Below the pieces are notes generated by a model. The model made no database searches. It was not told the origin of the DNA and was given only the letters and a program-made list of their open reading frames with translations. A program made the position numbers and the translations under genes. From the NCBI GenBank assembly GCA_016194865.1, contig JACQAT010000001.1, positions 154,022-218,021 on the forward strand: a stretch of DNA of 64,000 bases, read 5' to 3'. This document shows positions 38,284 through 48,113 of this stretch, piece by piece; the stretch's first letter is position 1, and each line of letters starts with the position of its first letter. The stretch comes from Chloroflexota bacterium (GTDB lineage: Bacteria; Chloroflexota; Limnocylindria; P2-11E).

Positions 38284-38756
38284 ACATCGTCATCGTTGGG
38301 TGCGGGCGCGTGGGCGCCTTCCTCGCAGGGCTCATGGATCTCGACGGACACGCCGTGACGGTCGTCGATAAGGATCGGGCGTCCTTCGCGCACCTGCCGC
38401 AGACCTTCAAGGGCGCGACGCTTCTCGGCGACGGCGTCGACCTCGATCTGCTGCGGAAGGCGGGCACCGAGAAGGCCGACGCGTTCCTCTCGCTCACCGA
38501 CGGCGACAACCGCAACCTGATGGCGGCGCAGATCGCGCAGAAGATCTTCGGCGTGAAGCAGGTCCTGGCGAAGGTGAACGATCCCATCCGCGCGCGTATG
38601 TATCGCGAGCAGGGGATCCCGACGATCTCGCGCACGACCATCCTCGGGACGCTGCTGCACGCGATGCTCACCGGCAACAAGGAGATCGGACCGAAGCTCG
38701 TCGCGCTCGCCAACAAGCACGAGGACGAGATGTCCGGCGGTCCGGAGGCCGACTGA
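38280..38756 (+). CDS. TrkA-N (RCK N-lobe only) NAD-binding protein
   Basis: MNIVIVGCGRVGAFLA Rossmann motif. 158 aa with no TrkA-C lobe. GTGA overlap with usp. Confidence 0.8.
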   Translation: MNIVIVGCGRVGAFLAGLMDLDGHAVTVVDKDRASFAHLPQTFKGATLLGDGVDLDLLRKAGTEKADAFLSLTDGDNRNLMAAQIAQKIFGVKQVLAKVNDPIRARMYREQGIPTISRTTILGTLLHAMLTGNKEIGPKLVALANKHEDEMSGGPEAD

Positions 38757-39412
38757 TGTATTTCGTGATCGCGGGCGGCGGCGAGGTCGGCTTCCACCTC
38801 TCGAAGGCGCTGCTCGAGGCGGGCCACGAGGTCATGCTCATCGAGTCGGATCGCAAGCGTGCCCAGTACATCGAGGAGCAGATCGGATCCGTCGTCATCA
38901 ACGCGCCCGCGGACGAGGGCCGCTACCAGATCGAGGCCGGCTGTCAGCGCGCGGACGCACTCGTCGCGGTGACCGGCAACGACGCGAAGAACCTGGTCAT
39001 CTGCCAGCTCGCGAAGCACCACTGCCACGTGCCTCGGGTCATCGCCCGCGTGAACGACCCGAAGAACGAGATCGTCTTCAAGGCGCTCGGCATCGACGAG
39101 ACCATCTCCTCGACCCGCGTGCTCATGGGCGTGATCGAGCAGGAGCTGCCGACCGGCGGCTTCCTTCCGCTGATGCCGCTCACCGGCTCACACCTCGAGC
39201 TGATCGAGGCCGAGATCGCGCGCAACACGCCCGCCGCCGGCAAGCAGGTGCAGGAACTCGGGCTGCCGGAGGGCTCGCTCATCGGCGGCATCGTCAGGGC
39301 GGGGAAGATCCTCCACGCCCACGGCGACACCCGGCTGGACGTCGGGGACCGGATCATCGTCTTCGCGCCGACGGCGACCGAGGCCGAGGTCCGAAAGGCG
39401 CTGTTCGGCTAA
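38756..39412 (+). CDS. TrkA/KtrA-type RCK protein (TrkA-N + TrkA-C)
   Basis: MYFVIAGGGEVGFHLSKAL plus a C-terminal TrkA-C block (LELIEAEI...GKQVQELGLPEGSLIGGIVR...GDRIIVF). Confidence 0.85.
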   Translation: MYFVIAGGGEVGFHLSKALLEAGHEVMLIESDRKRAQYIEEQIGSVVINAPADEGRYQIEAGCQRADALVAVTGNDAKNLVICQLAKHHCHVPRVIARVNDPKNEIVFKALGIDETISSTRVLMGVIEQELPTGGFLPLMPLTGSHLELIEAEIARNTPAAGKQVQELGLPEGSLIGGIVRAGKILHAHGDTRLDVGDRIIVFAPTATEAEVRKALFG

Positions 39413-39452
39413 CTCAGGCCGCCCAGGGGGGCGGGCGAGCCCTGTCCGGGCG

Positions 39453-39493
39453 TTGTCATGGACATTGACAACGATATTGATAGGTCTTATAAC
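39453..39493 (+). promoter_or_regulatory. hspR promoter (TTGACA-17-TATAAC) overlapped by a 6-N7-6 inverted repeat (HAIR-like operator)
   Basis: TTGTCA tggacat TGACAA at 39453-39471. The -35 TTGACA is at 39465-39470 and the -10 TATAAC at 39488-39493. This is an AT-rich island in a ~70% GC background. Confidence 0.6.
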
Positions 39494-39499
39494 AACGCC

Positions 39500-39829
39500 A
39501 TGGCACGCGGAAACCGGCCCGTCTATGTCATCTCCATCGCGGCGAGCCTCGCTGGCTGCCACCCGCGGACCCTTCGCATCTACGAGGAGGAAGGTCTCGT
39601 CGATCCGGTCCGGACCGAGACGAATATCCGCCTCTACAGCGACGAGGACCTGCAGCGCGTCCGGGCCATCCGCTACCTGACGCAGGTCCGGGGCGTGAAT
39701 CTGGCGGGGGTGAAGCTCCTCCTCCAGCTCACCGGCTTGGACGAGCTGCTCGGGGAGCTGGAAGCGGTGGACGAGGGAGACGACCAAGACCACGCGGGCC
39801 ATCACGCAAGGAACGCCGCGAGGTTCTGA
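39500..39829 (+). CDS. hspR: MerR-family heat-shock repressor HspR
   Basis: VYVISIAASLAGCHPRTLRIYEEEGLVDPVRTETNIRLYSDEDLQRVRAIRYL. ATG 39500 is preferred over 39458, which lies inside the operator. The ATG is 7 nt after the -10, which suggests a leaderless transcript. Confidence 0.8.
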   Translation: MARGNRPVYVISIAASLAGCHPRTLRIYEEEGLVDPVRTETNIRLYSDEDLQRVRAIRYLTQVRGVNLAGVKLLLQLTGLDELLGELEAVDEGDDQDHAGHHARNAARF

Positions 39830-39895
39830 GCCGCCGACCAGCAAGGCTCTGCCTGCCTTCACTCAGCAGCAACAATTCAAGGAGAGATCAACAGC

Positions 39896-42307
39896 ATGAC
39901 CGACGAAACCACGACCACCACCGGCGGACCGCGGACCTATCCCGCGCTGATCCCGCTCGTCCCGCTCCGCGAGGCCGTCGTGTTCCCGAAGCTGGTCGTG
40001 CCGCTCGGCGTCGGTCGCGAGAAGAGCGTGGCCGCGATCAACGCCGCCATGCTCGAGGAGAAGCACTTCGTCGTTCTCGCCGCCCAGAAGGACGCCGAGG
40101 TCGACGATGTGTCAGCCGAGCAGATCTACGGCATCGGCACCGTGGCCGAGATCGTGCGCCTGCTGCGGATCCCCGACGGCAGCGCGCAGATCATCGTCCA
40201 GGGCCTGGACCGCGTGCGGATCACGGGGTACGACCCCGAGTCCCGCTTCTTCAAGGTGAGCGTCGAGCCCCTGAGCGACGTCGACGGCGACGCGGTCGAG
40301 GCCGAGGCGCTGCTTCGCGGCGCGAAGTCGCTGTTCTCGTCCTACGTCGACAACGGCGGATCGATCCTGCCCGAGATCGCGATGACGGCGAAGAACACCG
40401 ACGACACGTCGCACTTCGCGGACCTCGTGGCCTCGAGCCCCGACCTGACGCTCGAGCAGCGCCAGCAGCTCCTCGAGACGCGCAGCGTCGTGGAGCGGCT
40501 GCGGATCATCTCCGTCTTCCTCGCGAAGCAGAACGAGATCCTCGAGCTGAAGCAGAAGATCCAGAGCGAGGTCCAGCAGACGCTCGACAAGACGCAGCGC
40601 GAGTACATCCTGCGCGAGCAGATGAAGGCCATCCAGCGCGAGCTGGGTGACGACGACGGGACGTCCGAGGTCGGCGAGCTTCGCGAGAAGATCGAGGCCG
40701 CGGGCATGCCCGACGAGGTCAAGGAGAAGGCCCTCAAGGAGGTCGGCCGGCTGGAGAAGATCCCGCAGGCCTCACCGGAGCAGGGCGTCATCCGCGCCTA
40801 CGTCGACTGGATGATCTCCCTTCCCTGGAAGAAGGCCGTCGACGACGACTGGGACATCGCAGCGGCCGCGCGCATCCTCGACGAGGACCACTACGGCCTG
40901 CCGAAGGTGAAGGACCGCATCCTCGAGTACATGGCGGTGCGCAAGCTCGCCAAGGACCTGCGCGCTCCGATCCTCTGCTTCGTCGGCCCGCCCGGTGTGG
41001 GCAAGACGAGCCTCGGCAAGTCGATCGCCCGCGCGATGGGTCGCAAGTTCGTGCGCATGTCGCTCGGCGGCATCCGCGACGAGGCGGAGATCCGCGGTCA
41101 CCGCCGCACCTACGTCGGTGCGCTGCCGGGCCGCGTGCTCCAGAACATGAAGACCGCCGGCGAGATCAACCCCGTGTTCATGCTCGACGAGATCGACAAG
41201 GTCGGCGCGGACTTCCGCGGCGACCCGAGCTCGGCCCTGCTCGAGGTCCTCGACCCGGAGCAGAACAACACGTTCTCCGACCACTACCTCGAGGTGCCGT
41301 ACGACCTCTCCAAGGTCATCTTCATCACGACGGCGAACATCGAGGACACGATCATCGCGCCGCTCCGCGACCGCATGGAGATCATCCGTCTCCCTGGGTA
41401 CACGGAGGACGAGAAGATGCATATCGCCGAGGGGTACCTGCTGCCACGGCAGCTGAAGCAGCACGGGCTCTCGCCCGAGACCTGCCTCATCCCGCAGGAG
41501 ACGCTGCTCCAGCTCATCCGCGAGTACACGCGCGAGGCCGGCGTTCGGAACCTCGAGCGTGAGATCGGCTCGATCTGCCGCAAGGTCGCTCGTGCCGTCG
41601 CGGAGGGCAAGGCCCAGAGCGTGTGCGTCACGGGCAAGGAGCTCGCGACATACCTCGGCCCGCAGAAGTTCGACTACGGCCTGGCCGAGGAGGAGGACCA
41701 GATCGGCGCCGTCACCGGCGTCTCGGTCTCCGAGGCGGGCGGCGACGTCCTCACGGTCGAGGCGACCGTGATCGACGGCAAGGATCAGGACTTCCTGCTC
41801 ACCGGCCAGCTCGGGAAGGTCATGGAGGAGTCGGCACGCGCGGCGCTCTCCTACGTGCGAGCGCACCACGCGGAGCTCGGCGTCCCGAAGGGCTTCTTCG
41901 AGGACCACGCGATGCACATCCACGTCCCCGCGGGAGCGATCCCCAAGGACGGCCCGTCCGCCGGCGTCACGATGGCGACGGCCATCACCTCGGCGCTCAC
42001 CGGACGTCGTGTCCGGCGCGACGTGGCGATGACGGGTGAGATCACGCTCCGTGGCCGGGTGCTGCCGATCGGCGGTCTGAAGGAGAAGCTCCTCGCGGCC
42101 CACCGTGCCGGCATCAAGACGTTCGTGTTCCCTGAGAAGAACAGGCGCGATCTCGTCGACGTGCCGAAGGAGATCCTCGACAGCGTGGAGACGATCCCGG
42201 TGTCGGAGATCGACGAGGTCTTCAAGATCGCGTTGCTGCTGGGGCCGAACGTGACCCCGGCACAGATCGAGGCGGCACGTCCATCGGTGGCACCGCCGGC
42301 GCACTAG
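39896..42307 (+). CDS. lon: ATP-dependent Lon protease
   Basis: Walker [10 protein letters not shown] and catalytic [22 protein letters not shown] upstream. Confidence 0.97.
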   Translation: MTDETTTTTGGPRTYPALIPLVPLREAVVFPKLVVPLGVGREKSVAAINAAMLEEKHFVVLAAQKDAEVDDVSAEQIYGIGTVAEIVRLLRIPDGSAQIIVQGLDRVRITGYDPESRFFKVSVEPLSDVDGDAVEAEALLRGAKSLFSSYVDNGGSILPEIAMTAKNTDDTSHFADLVASSPDLTLEQRQQLLETRSVVERLRIISVFLAKQNEILELKQKIQSEVQQTLDKTQREYILREQMKAIQRELGDDDGTSEVGELREKIEAAGMPDEVKEKALKEVGRLEKIPQASPEQGVIRAYVDWMISLPWKKAVDDDWDIAAAARILDEDHYGLPKVKDRILEYMAVRKLAKDLRAPILCFVGPPGVGKTSLGKSIARAMGRKFVRMSLGGIRDEAEIRGHRRTYVGALPGRVLQNMKTAGEINPVFMLDEIDKVGADFRGDPSSALLEVLDPEQNNTFSDHYLEVPYDLSKVIFITTANIEDTIIAPLRDRMEIIRLPGYTEDEKMHIAEGYLLPRQLKQHGLSPETCLIPQETLLQLIREYTREAGVRNLEREIGSICRKVARAVAEGKAQSVCVTGKELATYLGPQKFDYGLAEEEDQIGAVTGVSVSEAGGDVLTVEATVIDGKDQDFLLTGQLGKVMEESARAALSYVRAHHAELGVPKGFFEDHAMHIHVPAGAIPKDGPSAGVTMATAITSALTGRRVRRDVAMTGEITLRGRVLPIGGLKEKLLAAHRAGIKTFVFPEKNRRDLVDVPKEILDSVETIPVSEIDEVFKIALLLGPNVTPAQIEAARPSVAPPAH

Positions 42308-42323
42308 CCCCCGGAGGCCGCAC

Positions 42324-43319
42324 ATGCCGGTCGAATACAAGGACTACTACAAGACACTGGGCGTGAAGAAGGACGCCTCCGCGGATGAGATCCGCAAGGC
42401 GTATCGAAAGCTCGCCCGGCAATTCCATCCAGACGTGAACAAGGGCACCGACGCGACGAAGCGCTTCCGCGAGGTCAACGAGGCCAACGAGGTCCTCTCC
42501 GATCCCGACAAGCGCAAGCGCTACGACACGCTCGGCCCCGACTTCGAGCGCTACGCGAACGCGGGGCCGGGCGCGCATCCCGGCGGCTTCGGCCGCGCGG
42601 GCAACGGTGGCTTCCAGTACGTGTACACGGGCCCGGCGGGGAGCGATCCGTTCGGCGGCGACGCCGGCGGGTTCTCCGACTTCTTTCGCACCGTCTTCGG
42701 CGACATGGCCGCGGGCGGTGTCGGCGGACAGACGTTCACGCGGCGCACGCGCTCGCGGGCGCAGCCGGGTGTCGACGCGGCATACGAGGTCGAGGTCTCC
42801 CTCCAGGAGGCCTATCGCGGAAGCGAGCGGACCATCCAGCTCCAGCGCGAGGACGGCACGACGCGCACGCTCCAGGTGAAGATCCCCGCGGGCGTGCAGG
42901 ACGGACAACGGATCCGTCTGGCGGGCCAGGGCGGGGCAGCGAGCGGGGGCGGCCCCGCAGGTGACCTCTATCTGAAGATCCGCGTGAAGCCGCATCCGTT
43001 CTTCACGCGCGAGGGAGACGACCTCCGGGCGGAGCTCCCGGTCGCGCTCCACGAGGCGCTCCTGGGGGCCGAGGCCGGGGTGCCGACGCTCAAGGGAAAG
43101 GTCTCGCTGCGGATCCCGCCGGAGACGCAGAACGGGCGCACGATCCGCCTCGCAGGGCAGGGCATGCCACGCGCGAAGGAGCGCGGGGGCGGCTTCGGGG
43201 ATCTCTACGTGACCGTCAAGGTCGTGCTGCCGCAGAAGCTCAGCGAGAGGGAACGCGAGCTCATCCAGGGACTCGCCACATCACGCGCGAACGAAGACCC
43301 AAGGGGGCATCTGCTGTGA
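42324..43319 (+). CDS. J-domain co-chaperone (DnaJ class II / CbpA-like, no zinc-finger region)
   Basis: DYYKTLGV ... [14 protein letters not shown], a G/F-rich segment and C-terminal substrate-binding domains. No CxxCxGxG repeats. Confidence 0.85.
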   Translation: MPVEYKDYYKTLGVKKDASADEIRKAYRKLARQFHPDVNKGTDATKRFREVNEANEVLSDPDKRKRYDTLGPDFERYANAGPGAHPGGFGRAGNGGFQYVYTGPAGSDPFGGDAGGFSDFFRTVFGDMAAGGVGGQTFTRRTRSRAQPGVDAAYEVEVSLQEAYRGSERTIQLQREDGTTRTLQVKIPAGVQDGQRIRLAGQGGAASGGGPAGDLYLKIRVKPHPFFTREGDDLRAELPVALHEALLGAEAGVPTLKGKVSLRIPPETQNGRTIRLAGQGMPRAKERGGGFGDLYVTVKVVLPQKLSERERELIQGLATSRANEDPRGHLL

Positions 43320-45949
43320 TCGATCCGAACAAGCTCACTGAAAAGTCGCAAGAGGCGCTCGTCCTCGCGCAGAAGCGCGCCTCCGACGAGGGCCGTTCGC
43401 AGATCGACGTCGAGGATCTCGCCGTCTCGCTGCTCGAGCAGCCCGGCGGCATCGTGCCGAGCGTCCTCGAGGCGCTCGGGGTCAACAGCAATCAGCTCCT
43501 CGCCGCGCTCAAGTCGGAGCTCGCGCACCAGCCGAAGGTCTCGGGCAACGTCCAGATCCAGGCGTCCGCGCGGCTCGGCCGCGTGCTCCAGCAGGCCTCG
43601 CGCGAGGCGGAGCAGCTCAGGGACGAGTTCGTCTCCGTCGAGCACCTCCTGCTCGCGATGACCAACGACAACGGCTACACGGGCCAGGCCCTGCAGCGGG
43701 CCGGCGTCACGCACGAGCGGGCGCTGGGCGCGCTGCGCGACGTGCGCGGCAACCAGAAGGTCACCGACCAGAACCCCGAGGCGAAATACCAGGTGTTGGA
43801 GAAGTACGGCCGCGACCTGACCGAGCTGGCGCGCAGGAACAAGATCGACCCCGTCATCGGCCGGGACGAGGAGATCCGGCGCGTCATCCAGGTCCTCTCA
43901 CGACGCACGAAGAACAACCCCGTCCTCATCGGCGAGCCCGGCGTGGGTAAGACCGCGATCGTCGAGGGCCTCGCGCAACGGATCGTCCGTGGCGACGTTC
44001 CAGAAGGGCTTTCTAATAAGCGCGTCTTCGCGCTCGACCTGGGATCGCTGCTCGCCGGCGCGAAGTACCGCGGCGAGTTCGAGGAGCGGCTCAAGGCCGT
44101 GCTGAAGGAGATCACCGCGAGCGAGGGCCAGATCATCCTGTTCATCGACGAGCTGCACACCGTCGTGGGCGCCGGCGCGGCGGAGGGCGCGGTCGACGCC
44201 GCGAACCTCCTGAAGCCGATGCTCGCGCGCGGTGAGCTGCACGCGATCGGCGCGACCACGCTCGACGAGTACCGCAAGCACATCGAGAAGGACGCGGCCC
44301 TCGAGCGGCGCTTCCAGCCCGTCACGGTCGGCGAGCCGAGCGTCGATGACACGATCTCGATCCTCCGCGGGCTGCGCGAGCGCTATGAGATCCACCACGG
44401 CGTGCGCATCAACGACTCCGCGCTCGTCGCGGCGGCGGTGCTCTCGGAGCGCTACATCAACGACCGCTTCCTGCCCGACAAGGCCATCGACCTCGTCGAC
44501 GAGGCGGCCTCGAAGCTCCGCATGGAGATCGACTCGATGCCCGCGGAGCTCGACGAGGTGGATCGTCGCATGCGCCAGCTCGAGATCGAGCGCGAGGCGC
44601 TGAAGCGTGAGACCGACAGCGCGTCGAAAGAGCGCCTGGAGAAGCTCGAGAAGGAGCTGTCCGACCTCAAGGAGAGCTCGCGCGAGCTCCGCGCCCATTG
44701 GGAGCAGGAGAAGGCCGCGCTCGCGGAGATCCGCGAGAAGCGGCAGCGGCTCGAGGACATCCGCGCGGAGATCGAGAAGGCCGAGCGCTCCGCCGATTAC
44801 GCGAAGGCCGCGGAGCTGAAATACGGCACCCTCGCGCAGCTCGAGAAGGAGGTGCGCGAGGGCGAGGAGCGCCTCGCGCGTCTCCAGCAGAGCCAGAAGA
44901 TGCTGACCGAGGAGGTCACGCCCGAGGACATCGCGGAGGTGGTCGCGAAGTGGACCGGGGTCCCGGTCACGCGGCTGCTCGAGGGCGAGGTCGCGAAGCT
45001 CCTGCGGATGGAGGAGCGGCTCCACGAGCGCGTCGTCGGCCAGGACGAGGCCGTGCGCGCGGTCGCGAACGCGGTGCGCCGCGCCCGTGCCGGCATGCAG
45101 GACCCGAACCGCCCGCTGGGCTCGTTCATCTTCCTGGGGCCGACCGGTGTCGGGAAGACGCTGCTCGCGAAGGCCCTTGCGGAGTTCCTGTTCGACGACG
45201 AGAAGGCCATGGTGCGCATCGACATGTCCGAGTACATGGAGAAGCACACCGTCGCGCGCCTCATCGGCGCGCCGCCCGGATACGTCGGCTACGACGAGGG
45301 CGGCCAGCTGACGGAGGCGGTCCGCCGCCGGCCGTACACGGTGCTGCTGCTCGACGAGATCGAGAAGGCGCATAGCGACGTCTTCAACGTGCTGCTGCAG
45401 GTCCTCGACGATGGCCGCCTCACCGACGGTCAGGGCCGCACGGTCGATTTCAAGAACGTCGTGATCATCATGACCAGCAACGTCGGCTCGACCTTCATCA
45501 GCGAGATGCACGGCGACGAAGAGAAGATGCGCAAGATGGTCATGGACGCCCTGCGCGGGGCATTCCGGCCCGAGTTCCTCAACCGGGTCGACGAGATCGT
45601 GATCTTCCACCCGCTTCGCGAGAAGCAGGTCATGGAGATCGTCGAGAAGGAGGCCGCCATCCTCACCAAGCGGCTGGCCGATCGGAAGATCTTCCTCGAG
45701 CTCACGCCGAACGCGAAGGCGCTGCTCGCCAAGGAGGGCTTTGACCCGGTCTACGGGGCGCGCCCGATCCGGCGGACGATCCAGAAGCTCGTCCTCGACC
45801 CGCTCGCCCAGAAGATCCTGGAGGGCGAGTACAAGGAAGGCGAGACGGTCTACGTCGACGCCGAGGACGGCGAGATCCAGTTCTGGACCGAGGAGTTCGC
45901 CAAGGTCAACCCCAAGAAGACCCGGGTCACGGGGGCGCGGGCCAACTAG
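43316..45949 (+). CDS. clpB: ATP-dependent disaggregase ClpB
   Basis: Two AAA+ modules ([18 protein letters not shown]) separated by the long coiled-coil M-domain. GTGA overlap with the upstream gene. Confidence 0.97.
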   Translation: MIDPNKLTEKSQEALVLAQKRASDEGRSQIDVEDLAVSLLEQPGGIVPSVLEALGVNSNQLLAALKSELAHQPKVSGNVQIQASARLGRVLQQASREAEQLRDEFVSVEHLLLAMTNDNGYTGQALQRAGVTHERALGALRDVRGNQKVTDQNPEAKYQVLEKYGRDLTELARRNKIDPVIGRDEEIRRVIQVLSRRTKNNPVLIGEPGVGKTAIVEGLAQRIVRGDVPEGLSNKRVFALDLGSLLAGAKYRGEFEERLKAVLKEITASEGQIILFIDELHTVVGAGAAEGAVDAANLLKPMLARGELHAIGATTLDEYRKHIEKDAALERRFQPVTVGEPSVDDTISILRGLRERYEIHHGVRINDSALVAAAVLSERYINDRFLPDKAIDLVDEAASKLRMEIDSMPAELDEVDRRMRQLEIEREALKRETDSASKERLEKLEKELSDLKESSRELRAHWEQEKAALAEIREKRQRLEDIRAEIEKAERSADYAKAAELKYGTLAQLEKEVREGEERLARLQQSQKMLTEEVTPEDIAEVVAKWTGVPVTRLLEGEVAKLLRMEERLHERVVGQDEAVRAVANAVRRARAGMQDPNRPLGSFIFLGPTGVGKTLLAKALAEFLFDDEKAMVRIDMSEYMEKHTVARLIGAPPGYVGYDEGGQLTEAVRRRPYTVLLLDEIEKAHSDVFNVLLQVLDDGRLTDGQGRTVDFKNVVIIMTSNVGSTFISEMHGDEEKMRKMVMDALRGAFRPEFLNRVDEIVIFHPLREKQVMEIVEKEAAILTKRLADRKIFLELTPNAKALLAKEGFDPVYGARPIRRTIQKLVLDPLAQKILEGEYKEGETVYVDAEDGEIQFWTEEFAKVNPKKTRVTGARAN

Positions 45950-45950
45950 G

Positions 45951-47066
45951 GTGCGGCTGCTGCTCGTCGCGTGCGTGGTGCTCTCGGCGTGCGGCGGCGG
46001 TGGCTCTGTACCGGCCACCGCTCCGCTCGCTTCTGCCCCCGCTCCACTCCCTGTCGTCCCTTCGCCGTCCAGCGCGCCATCACCGTCGGCGTCCGCGTCT
46101 CCTTCGCCTGCGTTGGGGTCGCCTTGCTCGCGCGATCCGGAGTGCAACGCGGTGCTGAGCGCGCTCACGTTCATCGATCCGAACAGGATGAACGATCACC
46201 TGAACGTGCTGACCGGCTTCGTCTCCCGTGACCCGCGACACCCCGGTCACGCGAAGGCGGTCGCGTACATCAAGGAGCAGCTCGGGGCGCTCGCGTACTA
46301 CGGCTGGAACATCGAGTCGCAGAAGACGAGCTACCAGGGCATCCCGCTCGAGAACGTCTTCGCGAGCATCGAAGGGTCGACCGCGGCGTCCAGCGGCTCG
46401 GCGACCCCGCGTCTCCCGCCATCCACGACCTCGGTGATCGTCTCGGCGCACTACGACTCCGTCGCCAACCGGACCCCCGGTTGGCGGCCGGCCCTCGACC
46501 CGGCGCCAGGCGCCGACGACAACGGGACCGGCACCGCCGCGCTCCTCGAGTTCGCGCGGGTCATCTCGATCACGACCCGCGAGCAGCTCCGCAGCCGCAT
46601 CGTCCTCGCGTTCTTCGACGGTGAGGAGCTGTTCTTCAAGGGCAGCGGCGCGTACGTGGCGACGCTGACGAAGCCCTACCGCTACAAGGCGGCGCTGAAC
46701 CTCGACATGGTGGGCTTCAACCCGATCGCCGACCGGCTCGACCTGCTCTGGTACACGAACACCTCGGCCGGCCTGCGCGACCGCGTGCTGGCGGCGAACG
46801 ACCGCTACGGCATCGGCGTCGCCCCGCTCAACGCCCAATTTGCGGCGGACGGGAACACGATCATGGATGCCGCGCCGTTCGGCCTCGCGGGGATCCCATC
46901 GATCGCGATCTGCCAGCGCTACGGCGAGAACGACGCCACCTTCCCCGGCAACTACACGTTCCACACCGTCGGCGACACGCCCGACAAGATCACCAACAAG
47001 CGTCTCTGGCTGAAGGCGGCGAAGCTGACGCTCGCGACGGCGCTGGAGCTCGCCCGCGCGAATTGA
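45951..47066 (+). CDS. M28-family aminopeptidase lipoprotein
   Basis: Trimmed to GTG 45951. VRLLLVACVVLSACGGG lipobox. SAHYDS, GADDNGTGTAALLE, FFDGEE, LNLDMVG. Confidence 0.8.
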   Translation: MRLLLVACVVLSACGGGGSVPATAPLASAPAPLPVVPSPSSAPSPSASASPSPALGSPCSRDPECNAVLSALTFIDPNRMNDHLNVLTGFVSRDPRHPGHAKAVAYIKEQLGALAYYGWNIESQKTSYQGIPLENVFASIEGSTAASSGSATPRLPPSTTSVIVSAHYDSVANRTPGWRPALDPAPGADDNGTGTAALLEFARVISITTREQLRSRIVLAFFDGEELFFKGSGAYVATLTKPYRYKAALNLDMVGFNPIADRLDLLWYTNTSAGLRDRVLAANDRYGIGVAPLNAQFAADGNTIMDAAPFGLAGIPSIAICQRYGENDATFPGNYTFHTVGDTPDKITNKRLWLKAAKLTLATALELARAN

Positions 47067-47093
47067 CGTGCTCGACGGAGTGGGCGCCGCCGC

Positions 47094-47558
47094 TCAGGCG
47101 CGACCTGCGCCGAGCTCCGCCTCCGGCCAGCCGTCCGTCGTCGCGACGATCGTCACCGGTCCATCGGCGTCGATGACCACGCGCATGAGCGCTCCGAACC
47201 GACCGTTCTCGACGCGCAGGCCCGTTCCGCGCAGGACGCCGCAGAACGCGTCGAAGAGCCGCCGGCCCGTCTCCGGATCCGCGGCGGCCGTGAAGTCGGG
47301 CCTTCGGCCACGGCGGATGTCACCGAAGAGCGTGAACTGCGGTACCGCGAGGATCGCGCCCCCGATGTCCGCGACGGTGTGGTGCAGATGGCCGCGTTCG
47401 TCGTCGAACACGCGCAGCGAGCCGATCTTGCCCGCGAGCTTCTCGCCATCGAGCGCCGTGTCCGTTCGCGCCACGCCGACGAGGACCACGAGCCCGCGCT
47501 CGATCGCGGCGATCCGCTCGTCCCCGACCGTGACCGTTGCCGCCCGCACGCGCTGCAC
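47094..47558 (-). CDS. dtd: D-aminoacyl-tRNA deacylase
   Basis: VQRVRAATVTV ... GLVVLVGV ... PQFTLFGD ... RPDF. Confidence 0.9.
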   Translation of the reverse strand: MQRVRAATVTVGDERIAAIERGLVVLVGVARTDTALDGEKLAGKIGSLRVFDDERGHLHHTVADIGGAILAVPQFTLFGDIRRGRRPDFTAAADPETGRRLFDAFCGVLRGTGLRVENGRFGALMRVVIDADGPVTIVATTDGWPEAELGAGRA

Positions 47559-47573
47559 GACGGCGCGCGTCTG

Positions 47574-47783
47574 CTAGCTCTCCAGCATCCAGGGGTTGTC
47601 GCCGCGCACCACGTCCTCGACCTCCCGTGGGCCGAGGTGGCCGGGCGCCCAGACGGTCATGCTCTTGGAGAGCGGCAGGCGGGTGATGTAGGTGACCTTG
47701 CCGAACCGGTAGCCGTGCTGGAACAGGAACGGCTTGCCGTCGATCTCGAGGAGCTGACGGCGGTCGGTCGATGTGGCGGGCAT
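47574..47783 (-). CDS. hypothetical 69-aa protein
   Basis: G/C-rich third positions. Lies between the peptide ORF and dtd on the same strand. I recognise no family. Confidence 0.5.
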   Translation of the reverse strand: MPATSTDRRQLLEIDGKPFLFQHGYRFGKVTYITRLPLSKSMTVWAPGHLGPREVEDVVRGDNPWMLES

Positions 47784-47819
47784 CGCGGTCAGTATGGGGA
47801 TGCCAGGCCGCGGGCGTCG

Positions 47820-47987
47820 CTACGGCTGGCCCGGGTCTCCACCACCGTCATCGGGGTCGCTATCGACGAGCTCGACGCCCGCCCGCTCCGGTCCTGCCTG
47901 GGAATCCGCCCGCGCGTGCGTCGGGAGCACGAGCGCGAGCAGGAGCGCGGTCAAGAACAGCGTGACCAGCCGGGAACGCAGTTTCAT
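47820..47987 (-). CDS. 55-aa secreted pro-peptide candidate (signal peptide + acidic tail ending DGGGDPGQP)
   Basis: MKLRSRLVTLFLTALLLALVLPTHARA|DSQAGPERAGVELVDSDPDDGGGDPGQP. It is the C-terminal tail of track ORF 47820..48989. GAGGGG lies upstream of the ATG. G/C-rich third positions. Divergent from the HTH-TPR regulator. Confidence 0.55.
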   Translation of the reverse strand: MKLRSRLVTLFLTALLLALVLPTHARADSQAGPERAGVELVDSDPDDGGGDPGQP

Positions 47988-48068
47988 GTCGGCCCCACCC
48001 CTCGTCCGCGACGCGACCCGGTACGTATGCTTGACGGACTCTACCGACGACGCTCGTTTCGGGTCAAT

Positions 48069-48096
48069 GGTCCTTTCGGTCGTCAGACAAAGGACC
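48069..48096. promoter_or_regulatory. inverted repeat GGTCCTTT-N12-AAAGGACC upstream of HTH-TPR regulator 1
   Basis: Perfect 8-bp arms at 48069-48076 and 48089-48096, in the 126-bp divergent intergenic region and 18 nt upstream of the regulator start. Confidence 0.4.
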
Positions 48097-48113
48097 GCAG
48101 CGCTGGGAGGCAC

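Noticed and set aside
39417-39436. Stem-loop after trkA as an intrinsic terminator (CCGCCC-AGGG-GGGCGG)
   Set aside because: It has only a 6-bp stem and no downstream T-tract, so there is insufficient evidence for a terminator call.
39458-39499. Upstream ATG (39458) as the hspR start, as given in the ORF track
   Set aside because: That ATG lies inside the inverted repeat and upstream of the -35/-10 pair. The added residues (MDIDNDIDRSYNNA) are encoded by AT-rich promoter-like sequence and are not part of the MerR/HspR fold. ATG 39500 is preferred, though this is not proven.
43898-46174. 758-aa minus-strand ORF opposite clpB
   Set aside because: It has the same antisense GC artefact, and the plus strand encodes a full-length ClpB with both AAA+ modules. 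Other long antisense ORFs were rejected on the same grounds: 40772..42340, 32773..35307, 24295..25818, 25800..27335, 51884..53404, 53507..55396, 57466..58530, 17318..18292, 17974..19236 and 18654..19919.
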